DNA of 64,000 nucleotides from assembly GCA_030054115.1 (NCBI GenBank), contig JASGCL010000004.1:106-64105 (forward strand), in the 5' to 3' direction. This document shows positions 9,469-19,548 of this stretch, piece by piece. The notes under the pieces are model-generated. The model ran no database searches and was not told where the DNA came from. It saw only the letters and a list, made by a program, of their open reading frames with translations. How positions within the stretch are numbered: the stretch's first letter is position 1; every line of letters starts with the position of its first letter. Made by a program: the position numbers and the translations under genes. The DNA comes from Hydrotalea sp. GTDB taxonomy: Bacteria > Pseudomonadota > Alphaproteobacteria > JASGCL01.

Positions 9469-10737
9469 ATGGCCGACGATAGCGACAAAAAAATCCCCGA
9501 GGAACCAGTTGGGCAAACATCTGGGCAAACATTGCCAGCAAAAACGCCCGATGCCACGACATTACGGCGTGGTTGGACAACGGGGGCCAACGCGGCGGCG
9601 GCGGCGTTGATGGCGCTCAAGGGGTTTCATCGCGGGGTGCAAAAAATTGGCACGCCGCGCGTTGCGATTGATTTGCCCCATCACCAGGGCGTTGTTTTTA
9701 CCGGCGAGGCGGTGGAGGAAAAAAATGGTCGTGTGCTGGCGCATTTTAAAAAAGACGCCGGCGACGACCCCGATATCACCCATGGCATTATCGTGTCGGC
9801 GGAGATTATCCCCCTAACAAAAACCATGATAAAAAATTACAATGATAAAGACGAACCAACCATATTGTTGACGGGCGGCAAGGGCGTGGGGCGGGTTACA
9901 AGGTTGGGCCTGCCATTGGCGGTGGGTGCGCCGGCGATTACCAAACGGCCGAGCGATTATATCAAAAAAAATTTTTTACAATATTTGCAACAACATGGTG
10001 ATTTGCCGCGCCATTGGGAAATTATTTTTCATTTGGAAAATGGCGTCGCATTGGCGAAGCACACCCTGAACCCACGGTTGGGCATTGTTGATGGCTTGTC
10101 GATTTTGGGCACCAGCGGCGTTGTCATTCCCTTTTCTTGCGCGGCGTGGATCGATTCGATTCACCGCTCGATAGATGTTGCCTTGGCCTATCACCAGCAA
10201 CATTTGCTGGCCGCAACCGGCAGTATCAGCGAGCAAACGGTGAAAGAAAAAACACAGGTCGATGACATGGCGGTTATCGACATGGGCGATTTTTATATCG
10301 CGACGATGAAATACCTGAGGAAGAAAAACTATAGCGGTCGATTAACAATTGGCGGCGGGCCAGGCAAGTTGTTAAAATTGGCGCAGGGCCATGGCGATTT
10401 GCACAATGGGCGAAGCCGCGCCGACATGGGGTTGTTGGCGCAATGGTGCCGTGCGGTAGCCGATGGCCGCCAGCAAAATGGAAATGACGAGAAAATTATT
10501 TTGCGCGATGAAGAAAAAAACATGATGGCGACGGCGATAGAAAAATCATCGTCGGTGGCGGAGGCGCTGGCCAACCTGCCGCCGCCATTGTCCGCGTTGG
10601 TTTGTCGGGTTATTTTGCACCATTGCCAGCGGGTGGCGCGGGCGGATTTCCCCAACATCATGATAAATTTTATCATGGTCGACCGGTCGGGCAATATCAT
10701 GGCAGAAAATTTTTGTCATCCAGAGAGGGAGCAATGA
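9469..10737 (+). CDS. cbiD: Cobalt-precorrin-5B C1-methyltransferase (CbiD family)
   Basis: The RRGWTTGANAAAAA motif and the rest of CbiD are present. The longer ORF 8926..10737 begins antisense to cobA. The start is set at the in-frame ATG MADDSDKK. Confidence 0.8.
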   Translation: MADDSDKKIPEEPVGQTSGQTLPAKTPDATTLRRGWTTGANAAAAALMALKGFHRGVQKIGTPRVAIDLPHHQGVVFTGEAVEEKNGRVLAHFKKDAGDDPDITHGIIVSAEIIPLTKTMIKNYNDKDEPTILLTGGKGVGRVTRLGLPLAVGAPAITKRPSDYIKKNFLQYLQQHGDLPRHWEIIFHLENGVALAKHTLNPRLGIVDGLSILGTSGVVIPFSCAAWIDSIHRSIDVALAYHQQHLLAATGSISEQTVKEKTQVDDMAVIDMGDFYIATMKYLRKKNYSGRLTIGGGPGKLLKLAQGHGDLHNGRSRADMGLLAQWCRAVADGRQQNGNDEKIILRDEEKNMMATAIEKSSSVAEALANLPPPLSALVCRVILHHCQRVARADFPNIMINFIMVDRSGNIMAENFCHPEREQ

Positions 10738-11663
10738 AAAAAATAATTATTTTTGGCGGCACAACCTTGGCGCGCGATGTTTTACAAAAAACCATGGCGC
10801 ATTCGACCGATGTATTTTGTTTTTATAGTTTAAAAAATATCGCCGGTCAAAAATTCTTGCCAACGATTCCTGACCCATCGCGCGGCAAAATTATTTCCGG
10901 CGGGTTTGCACAATATGACGCCGGCCACAATGGGGCAGATGATTCGACAAATAATTCGGCAAGGGGCTTGGCGCGGTTTTGCCAGCAAGAAAAAATTGCC
11001 GCCCTGGTGCTGGCGGTCAGCCCATTCGCCAGCGTGATGATGGCGACCGCAACCCGCGTGGCGCGGGAATTATCCCTGCCAATTTTTTATTTGCAACCCG
11101 CGCCATGGCAAATTGATAATGAAATAAAAAATAAAAAAATATTACTGGCGCAGGATATAAACCAGCTGTGTGAATTATTTTTACAACATCAACCGCCGGC
11201 TAAAAATATATTTGTCGCCCTGGGGGGGAAAGATGGCGCGGCGTTTTTGTCGCGGGTAGCAGACAATAGGTCGGAACAGGCGGCAAAAAAACCTTCAATC
11301 TTGTCGTCGCCGATTATTTTTTGGCGCGCCATTTATCAACCACCGGTCGATTCTACCTGGCAAGAAAAATTATCGCTAAAAATTATTTTAAGTCCACCGC
11401 AAGATGTCGCCCGCGAAAAAAACTTTCTGCAAGAAAACAACATCGACCTGTTGGTGGCCAAAAACAGCGGCGGCGAGCATAGCAACAACAAAAATAAAAT
11501 CATTGCCGCCTTGGCATGCCATGTGCCGATATTATTATTATCGCCGCCGTCAAACGATATTTCACCGCAAGGCATAAAAGGCGCAGAGGGCGCAACCAAT
11601 GATAAAAATCATTTTACCAAGGTTGATGATTTGTTAGAGGCCTTCAACCGAATTATAAAATAA
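10734..11663 (+). CDS. cobK: Precorrin-6A / cobalt-precorrin-6A reductase (CobK/CbiJ). I cannot tell which paralog name applies.
   Basis: The N-terminus MKKIIIFGGTTLARD is typical of this family. Its start overlaps the cbiD stop in an ATGA arrangement. Confidence 0.7.
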   Translation: MKKIIIFGGTTLARDVLQKTMAHSTDVFCFYSLKNIAGQKFLPTIPDPSRGKIISGGFAQYDAGHNGADDSTNNSARGLARFCQQEKIAALVLAVSPFASVMMATATRVARELSLPIFYLQPAPWQIDNEIKNKKILLAQDINQLCELFLQHQPPAKNIFVALGGKDGAAFLSRVADNRSEQAAKKPSILSSPIIFWRAIYQPPVDSTWQEKLSLKIILSPPQDVAREKNFLQENNIDLLVAKNSGGEHSNNKNKIIAALACHVPILLLSPPSNDISPQGIKGAEGATNDKNHFTKVDDLLEAFNRIIK

Positions 11664-11766
11664 ATTTAATTTAATGGGTTGCGCGCGCGGCTTCACCCGA
11701 TGTTTCCCCTGATGTTTACCTGGGCATCCCCAACCATTTACCAACATTATTTGTGATTGACCGGCT

Positions 11767-12453
11767 TTAAGCGCGGTTGTTGATTTTGTCGAACAACACG
11801 GCGGCCTCGCTCCGCCAAGAACGCAGATGCGAGCTGGTGTGGTCTTTCAATAACATGGTTTCGTAACGCAATTGCCGTTCGCCGGCCGATTTAACGCCGG
11901 CGGCCTTCGCCACCAAACACCAGATATAGGCCTTCGCCGGGTCGGCCACCACACCCTCGCCATATTGATAGGCTTGGGCCAGGGCGTCCATCGCCGGTGC
12001 AATGCCGCGCATCGCGGCTTTCCGAAAATGTTTTACCGCGGCCACCGGGTTGCGGCGACCATCGCCATCACCATTAAAATACAAATTGGCCAGGTTAAAA
12101 CTTGCCAGGGGGTGGCCACCGTTTTTCGCCGCGGCGGCTTCGTAAGAGGCAATGGCGCCATCCACGTCGCCGCGCCGTTCACGCGCCAAGCCTTGTTCAA
12201 ATAATTTTTCGGCACTGCCGTCGCCCGCGTCGTCGCGGAAATCGTTATTTTGCGGGGTGCGTTTGCGCCCGAATAAACCGGCAAATTTTTGCACCAAAAT
12301 AATCAGCACATGAATAATCGCGCGCAACACCGCCACCGCGATAAGCGCGATGACCAATAGCAATAAAATACCCGGCAGGCCCGATTGAAGCATTATATCG
12401 GCGCGGTTGTTAATGTAGCTTAATAAATCGTCCATTTGTATTCTCCTCATCAT
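11767..12453 (-). CDS. Sel1-repeat protein with an N-terminal transmembrane anchor
   Basis: A hydrophobic helix GILLLLVIALIAVAVL is followed by Sel1/TPR-like repeats (AAxxGxxxAxxxLAxxY). Confidence 0.75.
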   Translation of the reverse strand: MMRRIQMDDLLSYINNRADIMLQSGLPGILLLLVIALIAVAVLRAIIHVLIILVQKFAGLFGRKRTPQNNDFRDDAGDGSAEKLFEQGLARERRGDVDGAIASYEAAAAKNGGHPLASFNLANLYFNGDGDGRRNPVAAVKHFRKAAMRGIAPAMDALAQAYQYGEGVVADPAKAYIWCLVAKAAGVKSAGERQLRYETMLLKDHTSSHLRSWRSEAAVLFDKINNRA

Positions 12454-12584
12454 GTTCTAATTTTTTAGAACTCATCCTTCATTTATAGATTATTTCATTA
12501 TAGAAAGCAAGGGTGTTAAAAAAAGTGTTTTCGGTAATTAGGTTTATTCAATAATCATGCCAATAACAATGGTTCGCAACATAA

Positions 12585-13208
12585 TTACAATGATAAGGGC
12601 GGGGCGGCGGCAAAAACCTGCCACGCGATGCGCCACATGATAATGCCGATGGCCAGTTCCAACAATTTCCAGGTGATGGGTTTTTTAAACAGCGGGGTCA
12701 GTAACCTTGCGCCATAGCCCAAACTATAAAAAAAGGCGAAGGAGGCGCAGGCCGCGCCACCGGCAAACAACCATTCCTGGCCAAGCGGATGATAAGGGGC
12801 CGAGGCCGACCCCAACAGAACAATGGTGTCCAAATAGACATGGGGGTTAAGCCAGGTTATCGCCGCCCAGGTGGAAATAACGGCGGGCAGGGATGATTTT
12901 TTATCGCCACTGGCGTCGAGGTGGTGATTAACCGAGAGGAAGGCGTAGAAACTTTTCGCGCCATAAAAAAACAAAAACGCCGCGCCGCCGTAACTGGCGA
13001 TGGCAATGGCCTGCGGGAATTGCGCGATGATGAGTGAAAAGCCACCAACCCCTAAGCTAATAAGAATGGTATCGGACAGGGCGCAAAGACCGCAGAGCAA
13101 GAAAACATGTTGGCGAAGCAACCCATGCCGCAGGATAAAGGCATTTTGCGCGCCGATGGCGGCGATAAGGCCAAAACTTAACCCAAAACCAGAAAGGAAA
13201 CTATTCAT
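12585..13208 (-). CDS. LysE/RhtB family amino-acid exporter
   Basis: It is a six-TM protein whose N-terminus FLSGFGLSFGLIAAIGAQNAFIL is typical of the LysE family. Confidence 0.8.
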   Translation of the reverse strand: MNSFLSGFGLSFGLIAAIGAQNAFILRHGLLRQHVFLLCGLCALSDTILISLGVGGFSLIIAQFPQAIAIASYGGAAFLFFYGAKSFYAFLSVNHHLDASGDKKSSLPAVISTWAAITWLNPHVYLDTIVLLGSASAPYHPLGQEWLFAGGAACASFAFFYSLGYGARLLTPLFKKPITWKLLELAIGIIMWRIAWQVFAAAPPLSL

Positions 13209-13357
13209 CGCGATGCTTTAGAAAACCTTACATCACGCAACGAAAAATGTAAAACAAAGGGCGCGAATTTTTTCGCAGGCAACAAAAAATGCAAAATAGG
13301 GCGAAGGATTTTTTTCCCATACCCGCATCGACCGTGAGCCCCGCCCAGTATTTTGGC

Positions 13358-13867
13358 TTAGCGTTTGGAGAATTGGAAAGAACGGCGAGCTTTTGGGTGG
13401 CCGTATTTTTTGCGTTCGACGACGCGCGAATCGCGGGTTAAGAACCCTTCCTTCTTCAAGGCGGGCCTTACATCCGGTTGGAACAGGGTCAAGGCCTTGG
13501 CCACGCCGTGCTTAATCGCGCCGGCTTGGCCGCTTAAACCACCACCCTTAACCTGGGCGACGACATCAATCATGCCTTTTTTACCAACGATATCAAGCGG
13601 TTGTTCGATAACCATGCGGAGCACCGGACGGCCAAAATATTTTTCCATCGGCTTGCCATTGATACTCCATTGCCCCGACCCTTGTTTTATCCACACCTTG
13701 GCGATGGCGTTTTTGCGCTTGCCGGTGGCGTAACTGCGGCCCCATTGGTCGCGCACTTGCTCATAAACTGGTTTTGCTGGTGTCACACCGGCCATCGACG
13801 AGACGGCGGTTTCGGCAGAAGCATTTTCCGATGCTGTTTCTAATGCGGCGGTGTCTAACATGGTCAT
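13358..13867 (-). CDS. rpsI: 30S ribosomal protein S9, with an alphaproteobacterial-style N-terminal extension
   Basis: The sequence [17 protein letters not shown] ... ends in [11 protein letters not shown]. Confidence 0.95.
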   Translation of the reverse strand: MTMLDTAALETASENASAETAVSSMAGVTPAKPVYEQVRDQWGRSYATGKRKNAIAKVWIKQGSGQWSINGKPMEKYFGRPVLRMVIEQPLDIVGKKGMIDVVAQVKGGGLSGQAGAIKHGVAKALTLFQPDVRPALKKEGFLTRDSRVVERKKYGHPKARRSFQFSKR

Positions 13868-13886
13868 GGTGTTTATCCTTTATAAC

Positions 13887-14468
13887 TTACGCGGCTTTGC
13901 GGCTGTTTTTGCGGTTTTGTTTGGCCAGGTCAAGCACTATGGGGTTCATCCCTTGGTGCGGGTGGTCTTTGCCGGCGTAAACTTTTAAATTTTTCAATTG
14001 TTTTTTGCCCATCGGGGTGCGGCGAATCATACGTTCGACCGCCCGTTCGATAAGACGTTCGGGAAATTTACCGGTCAATTGTTTTTCGGGGGTCATGGTT
14101 TTGACACCACCCGGGTAACCGGTGTGCCAATAAAAAATGCTGTTTTCGCGTTTGCGGCCGGTCAGGGCGATTTTTTCGGCGTTGATGACAATAACATTGT
14201 CGCCGCTTTGCGCCGATGGGGTAAAGGTCGGTTTGTGTTTGCCGCGTAAAATTTTGGCAATTTCTGACGCCATGCGACCCAACACCAAGCCGTCGGCATC
14301 AATCAGATACCATTTTTTGTTCCATTGCTCCTTGGTTGATTTGGGGGTCAAAAGAAAACTGCTGGGGCCGCCGGCGCGGATAATCGGGCCATTTTTTGAA
14401 ACCGGCGCGCCAGGATTCACACCACGTGCGGTGGTTTTTTTTGTGCCGGAGGATTTATTTTTTTCCAT
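13887..14468 (-). CDS. rplM: 50S ribosomal protein L13. The true start is probably a downstream alternative start codon, because the first roughly 45 aa look like a read-through extension.
   Basis: The sequence WYLIDADGLVLGRMASEIAKILRGKHKPTFTP is present. The gene is immediately upstream of rpsI in the canonical order. Confidence 0.9.
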   Translation of the reverse strand: MEKNKSSGTKKTTARGVNPGAPVSKNGPIIRAGGPSSFLLTPKSTKEQWNKKWYLIDADGLVLGRMASEIAKILRGKHKPTFTPSAQSGDNVIVINAEKIALTGRKRENSIFYWHTGYPGGVKTMTPEKQLTGKFPERLIERAVERMIRRTPMGKKQLKNLKVYAGKDHPHQGMNPIVLDLAKQNRKNSRKAA

Positions 14469-14513
14469 TACTATCGCCTAGCAAAAAAAAACCGCGATGG
14501 CAAGCGTAAATAC

Positions 14514-16016
14514 TTAGGTTGTTAGCAGTTTTATGGTTTGGCCAATAACATCGTCCCAATCGCCGTCCTTTTGCTGGCGGATGAGGCGGTGGCTTTTCGG
14601 ATACCAAAAACTATCGTTGCCTGTGCCCTTTGCCTGCCACCAACGCCAATCGTTTTTTTTCGGCAATAACACAATGGTTGGTTTCATCAACCCGCCGCTG
14701 ACATGGGCGACCGCGGTGTCGACCGTTACCACCATGTCCAATTGGTCAATCACCCGCGCCGTGTCGGCAAAATTTTTAATATGCGGCGACATATCAACGA
14801 CAAAGGGGGCTAACCCATCGCCGCGAATTTCTTCGCTGGCCTTGCCAATTTGCAATGAAAAGAAAATGACGTCGGGCACCGCCAGCAAGGGTAAAAGTTT
14901 TTTCAGGGTCAAACTGCGGGTTTGCCATTCGTGGCCACGGGTGTTGGTCGCCCACACCAGCCCAACCAATTTTTTATTTTTTATGGTTGGCAATTGCAAT
15001 GGGTCTTGTGATTCTTGCGGGTTGGGTGGCGGGGTTTTGTCAATCGCCAGGTAGGGTAATTTACGTTGATATGATTCCGCCAAGGATTCCACCCCCGATA
15101 ACTTGCCAATAAAAAATGGCAAGGATTGAATAAGCACCCAGGCATCAAGCGGCGGTGGCGTGGCGCGGTTGTCGATAATGGTGATGCCGGCGCAACAGGG
15201 GCTGGTGGCGAGCAAGGGCACGATGGTGTGATGCACCTGCAGGATAATATGCTTGGCAATTTTTTTCAGGCGCGGCAAGAAACGGCAAAACATAAAAACA
15301 TCGCCGAAGCCTTGCTCCCCCGCGACCAGCAGGGTTTTGTCGGTCATGATATCGCCCTGCCAACGCGGCGTGTTGTTGTGGTGTGGTTGCAGGGTAAAAT
15401 AATTGCCAAAATCTTTTTGGTGGCGATGCTCATAGAAGGCAAAACCATTTTCATAATCGCCGATGCTTAAATAATAAAAACTCGCCAATTTATCGCGCCG
15501 ATGATAAAAATCGGCGAGCAGGGATGGTTCAACCCGCGTCTTGCTGTCTGGCTGGTCAAGCAAGCGATTGACGGCGGCTAGAAATTTTTTTGCATCCGGC
15601 CATTGTTGTAATTTTATCATCATTTCCAGCAGGTCCAAATTGGCCTTGAGCAGGAGCCCGACATGGGGTTGGCTGGTGATAAAATCGTCGTAATATTTTT
15701 TTGCCAAGCGATATTTTTTTAAGCCGGTCGCAAATTGCAAAAGATATTGGCGGGTGCGCGGCGTGGCAAGGGCATCGGTTTTTGCCAAACATTGCAGGTA
15801 AATCAACCCGACGATGGGGTCGTTCAGTTCGGCCGACCAACTGGCCATTCGTTCAAACCATTCATTGTAAAGCGGTGCGGTGTTTTTGTCGGCGGGTGCG
15901 GCGTGCAACAGGTTGATGGCTTGCGCCAAATGATGCCGCGCGGCAAAAAAATCCTGGGCGTTGGCCGCCGCGTTGGCGGCCTTTAGCAATTGTGCGATGT
16001 CATTATCTTGCGTCAT
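14514..16016 (-). CDS. TPR-repeat protein fused to a family-9 glycosyltransferase (heptosyltransferase-like) domain, paralog 1
   Basis: The GT9 signatures are GEQGFGDVFMFCRFLP and VDTAVAHVSGGLMKPTIVLLP...WRW. The N-terminal half is TPR-like. Confidence 0.75.
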   Translation of the reverse strand: MTQDNDIAQLLKAANAAANAQDFFAARHHLAQAINLLHAAPADKNTAPLYNEWFERMASWSAELNDPIVGLIYLQCLAKTDALATPRTRQYLLQFATGLKKYRLAKKYYDDFITSQPHVGLLLKANLDLLEMMIKLQQWPDAKKFLAAVNRLLDQPDSKTRVEPSLLADFYHRRDKLASFYYLSIGDYENGFAFYEHRHQKDFGNYFTLQPHHNNTPRWQGDIMTDKTLLVAGEQGFGDVFMFCRFLPRLKKIAKHIILQVHHTIVPLLATSPCCAGITIIDNRATPPPLDAWVLIQSLPFFIGKLSGVESLAESYQRKLPYLAIDKTPPPNPQESQDPLQLPTIKNKKLVGLVWATNTRGHEWQTRSLTLKKLLPLLAVPDVIFFSLQIGKASEEIRGDGLAPFVVDMSPHIKNFADTARVIDQLDMVVTVDTAVAHVSGGLMKPTIVLLPKKNDWRWWQAKGTGNDSFWYPKSHRLIRQQKDGDWDDVIGQTIKLLTT

Positions 16017-16038
16017 TTTTTATATCATGTTGGTTTTT

Positions 16039-17580
16039 TTACGTGGCGACAAATTTTTTGACGGCGGTGATTAATTTTTTTATCGCGCCCTGCCAATGGT
16101 GGGGGTTGTCTTGAAAAACAATGGTAACATCAGGATACCAGGCCATGGGTGGCATGTGGTTGAAATTGCCGTCCTTGTCAAGGTGGTAATCGATGCCGCG
16201 ATTGCCGATGGTGAAGCGCCACGCCCCCTCGAACGGGCAGAGCAATATCGTCGGGCGGTTCAAGCCAGCCGCCAGATGCAGGCTGGCGGTATCGACCGTG
16301 ATGATAAGGTCGAGGCCATTCATCAATTCGGCGGTGCTGTGAAAATCGGTTATCCATGGCGACAGGTCCTTTATCACCGATTGCAGGCCATTATCGGCGA
16401 TGGCGTTTTTGGCCTGCTCCAATTGCAGGCTGTAAATATCGACCTCGGGCAGGGCGAGCAGGGGCAAGAAATCGGTTAATTGCAACGACCGCGTTTGGTG
16501 GTCTATCGCCCCCGGGCCCGACGACCAAACAATCCCAATTTTTTTCTTTGTGTTTTTTACCATGTTATTTGCGAGGGGCGTTTGCGCCAACAAACCGGTG
16601 TCTTTGCACCCAAGATAGGGCGTGGTGGTCGGGATTTTTGTTTCATTATTTTTATCGGCTAGGTCATCAGCAAGAACATGGGGCAGGCTGGCAATCGGTA
16701 GCCAGGCGGTCATGGGGTCGGGGTAGACGCCGGTTGGCACAACCTTAATCCCCGTGGCGCAGGGCGATCGTTCGATAAGCCGCAACAGCGGTTTGGGCAC
16801 GGCCACCACCAGGTGTTTTACCTTGGGTTTTAATAGCGGCAAAAAACGCGCGAATTGTAAAAAATCGCCATAGCCTTGCTCCTCGACCACGAACAGAATA
16901 TCTTTGCTGTTATCTTTTTTTTCCAATTTGTCCCAACGCGGAAAACGCTGTTGAAATTCTTGCTTGCTGAATATCGGGAAATCCTCAAAACCAAAGCGGT
17001 CTTCAAAAAAAGCCAAGCCCTGACGCCATTGTTGATTGCACATGTAGGCAAACATGCGGTGGAACAAAAAATATTTCAGGGCGCGGTAATCATATTGTTC
17101 GGCCTTGACGATTTGTTCGACCGATTTTTGCGCATGGTGAAACCGCCGCGCCAACACCGAATAATCGGTGTGGCAGGCGGCGCGGGTTGGCGAATCCAAA
17201 TCGTCGCGCGCCAATAATTCTTGCAAGATTTTTTCGGCGGGGCGAAAATCCTGCTGTTCGTATAAAACACCAAATAGGGTGCGAAGTGCCGACACCGACC
17301 GCTTGCCCTGCACCACGGCGCGGGTGGCATGTGCCCGTGCCACGGCGTGGTTTTTTAATTGCTGATGCACCAACGCCGCCCGTTCCCAAACATAGGGGGT
17401 TGGGGCCGCCAAATAAAGCAAGCGCGGCAATAATGGTCGCGCTGACGCGTAATCGTTGGCGGCGATGCGCCCCTCCAATTGTTGCAACAGCTCGGTTGCC
17501 TCCCGTTGCAACAGGCTGTGGGCGTCGCTCGCCGCCGCGTTACCGGCGGTTGGTTGTGTTGCGTCGCGGGTGTTTTCCAT
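16039..17580 (-). CDS. TPR + GT9 glycosyltransferase, paralog 2. The start is set at MENTRDATQ.
   Basis: The GT9 signatures are EEQGYGDFLQFARFLP and ITVDTASLHLAAGLNRPTILLCP. Confidence 0.75.
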   Translation of the reverse strand: MENTRDATQPTAGNAAASDAHSLLQREATELLQQLEGRIAANDYASARPLLPRLLYLAAPTPYVWERAALVHQQLKNHAVARAHATRAVVQGKRSVSALRTLFGVLYEQQDFRPAEKILQELLARDDLDSPTRAACHTDYSVLARRFHHAQKSVEQIVKAEQYDYRALKYFLFHRMFAYMCNQQWRQGLAFFEDRFGFEDFPIFSKQEFQQRFPRWDKLEKKDNSKDILFVVEEQGYGDFLQFARFLPLLKPKVKHLVVAVPKPLLRLIERSPCATGIKVVPTGVYPDPMTAWLPIASLPHVLADDLADKNNETKIPTTTPYLGCKDTGLLAQTPLANNMVKNTKKKIGIVWSSGPGAIDHQTRSLQLTDFLPLLALPEVDIYSLQLEQAKNAIADNGLQSVIKDLSPWITDFHSTAELMNGLDLIITVDTASLHLAAGLNRPTILLCPFEGAWRFTIGNRGIDYHLDKDGNFNHMPPMAWYPDVTIVFQDNPHHWQGAIKKLITAVKKFVAT

Positions 17581-17614
17581 AAGGGTATAACCTATTGCCA
17601 AACGATGTTCGCCA

Positions 17615-19018
17615 TCAGGCCGTCGTCGGCATTTGCAACGATGGGCGAATGGTTTGATAGGCCGCCGAATTGGCCAGGCGGCGCAAAACAACCTTATTGC
17701 CCAATTGGTCGGCGACCTCGATTTCCTGTAAATCTGGGTTGCGGTTTAGGTTTTCATGCCATAGGCGGTGCAACATGGCGTCGAAACTTTCGTTTTCATT
17801 TTTTGTTGCGTTGTAAACACGGTCGTTGTTTTGGGTTATTTTGTGGCCGTAACCAACATGCATGCTGTCGCCCATGACGCGCGGGATGGGGTAATTCATT
17901 GCGCCGAACAAAGAATAATTGCCATCATGTTGCAGGCTGTCTTGGTAAATCATCGGCCAGATATAATTTTTCAGTAGCACCTGGTCATGCCAGCGGTTGG
18001 TCGATTTTTGAAAGGTTGCGTTAATCAATTGTTCCATGACGGGCAACATGCCGGCGATGCCACCCCACAGGCCGGCGAGCATGACCTCGTTATGCCAGAT
18101 ATCATCGCGCATGATGTGAAATGATTTGCCAGATTTTATCCAGGCCTCGACCGCCGCCTGCTCGCGCACGAATGGCCGGCAATCGGCGTCGCGGCAACAA
18201 AAATAATAAACCGCTGGGTCGTTGGCCACCAAAAACCGCCACATCCCGGGGTTCAGGTCGCGGTGCTTGCCGGTCATCAATATGGTTTCGGCCCCGGCCT
18301 GTTTTATTTTTTCTATTGCCTCGGCCGGCACCGACTCGTCATGGTAACAACGCACCACCCAGCCCGGGAAAAATCGCGGCATCATCAGGGCGTTTTCCAT
18401 CATGCCACGGCTATAGGTTTCATCGCCCCCCCACAGCGAAAAGGAAAAAACATTTTTCATGCCGGACTTCATGGTTGGTTTGGCCTGCAGTTTTTTTAAC
18501 GCGGCCGGCAATTTAACATTTTGAAATTCGTTCAGCGCGTTTTGATGCTTGCCCAATAAACCAATCGCGCCAAAGGTTCGGCCTTCATCACGCCGCCCCT
18601 GCTCGGTCAGATACATGCAAAGGGCGTTGGTGGTGACAAAATCATCGGGCGCAAGTTGCACCGCGCGGTAAAGTGCCTCGAGGCCCTTTTTTACCTCGCC
18701 GTATTTATATAATATAACGCCGTAATTGCGCCACGCCTGTTGCTCGAATGGTTTTAATTCCAGGGCGCGATTCATGTATTTGATAGCTTTTTGAAAATCG
18801 CGTTCCGGGTTGTCGTAATAATAGGTGCCAAGCGCCATGGCGTAATCGGGATTATTCGGTTCTCTTTCACAAACTTTTTCTAAGGTCGCCAGGGCCTCGC
18901 GCCGTCGCCCCAATTCATAAAACAACACCGACAAACGATATTGAAACCACAGGTGATTTGGAAATTGCGCAATGGCCTGCTCGAGGAGCATCAACCCCTT
19001 CTCATTATTTTTTTCCAT
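17615..19018 (-). CDS. TPR-repeat protein with a C-terminal domain of uncertain family, possibly a GT-A-like glycosyltransferase (FSFSLWGG ... RDADCRP). The start is set at MEKNNEKG.
   Basis: Clear TPR helices fill the N-terminal 200 aa. The C-terminal domain has a DxD-like motif but I cannot place it in a family without a search. Confidence 0.55.
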   Translation of the reverse strand: MEKNNEKGLMLLEQAIAQFPNHLWFQYRLSVLFYELGRRREALATLEKVCEREPNNPDYAMALGTYYYDNPERDFQKAIKYMNRALELKPFEQQAWRNYGVILYKYGEVKKGLEALYRAVQLAPDDFVTTNALCMYLTEQGRRDEGRTFGAIGLLGKHQNALNEFQNVKLPAALKKLQAKPTMKSGMKNVFSFSLWGGDETYSRGMMENALMMPRFFPGWVVRCYHDESVPAEAIEKIKQAGAETILMTGKHRDLNPGMWRFLVANDPAVYYFCCRDADCRPFVREQAAVEAWIKSGKSFHIMRDDIWHNEVMLAGLWGGIAGMLPVMEQLINATFQKSTNRWHDQVLLKNYIWPMIYQDSLQHDGNYSLFGAMNYPIPRVMGDSMHVGYGHKITQNNDRVYNATKNENESFDAMLHRLWHENLNRNPDLQEIEVADQLGNKVVLRRLANSAAYQTIRPSLQMPTTA

Positions 19019-19108
19019 CAGTGCCTGGTTGATATTGGCGCGGGCGGCTTCCTCGGCTTGGGAATGGCCAGTTGTAACCGCGGCCGAGATGACCCAATCG
19101 CCACACAC

Positions 19109-19548
19109 AATAATACACCCTAAAATGTCCCCTTTTTCAATCTTTGGTTGCTTTGCTCGCTTGATTTAAACATCTAAGCGTTGAATCATTTATTCTTTGT
19201 TAAATTTATTCATTTATGCAATAGCGGTATATGGTTTTTGGCTGAAAATGTCAAGTCAAATATGACTCTTTTTTAGCATTATTTCTTCGTGTTAGCTTTT
19301 TGAAAAATATATGGCTTCATAATATATTATTTTTACAAAATGATTATATGTGGCTATATATTTCTTTTTTGCAAATAATTTAGGTTTATATTTTTAATAC
19401 AACTTTTTATTTTTTATCCAAAAAATAACAACTTGTTCACCGCGCCCTCCTTGCCTGCTGGTTGTGCCCGCGCACCGCAAACCCGCATGATATAAAAATG
19501 TCTTACAGCGATAATAAAGATAGTTTTTTTATCAGCAGGTTAAAAATA
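19109..19548. promoter_or_regulatory. 440-bp AT-rich spacer of about 25% GC that splits the TPR-glycosyltransferase array. It presumably carries promoter(s) for the downstream minus-strand genes.
   Basis: There is a strong composition drop, no ORF, and many TATAAT-like hexamers. I could not pick one convincing -35/-10 pair. Confidence 0.3.
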
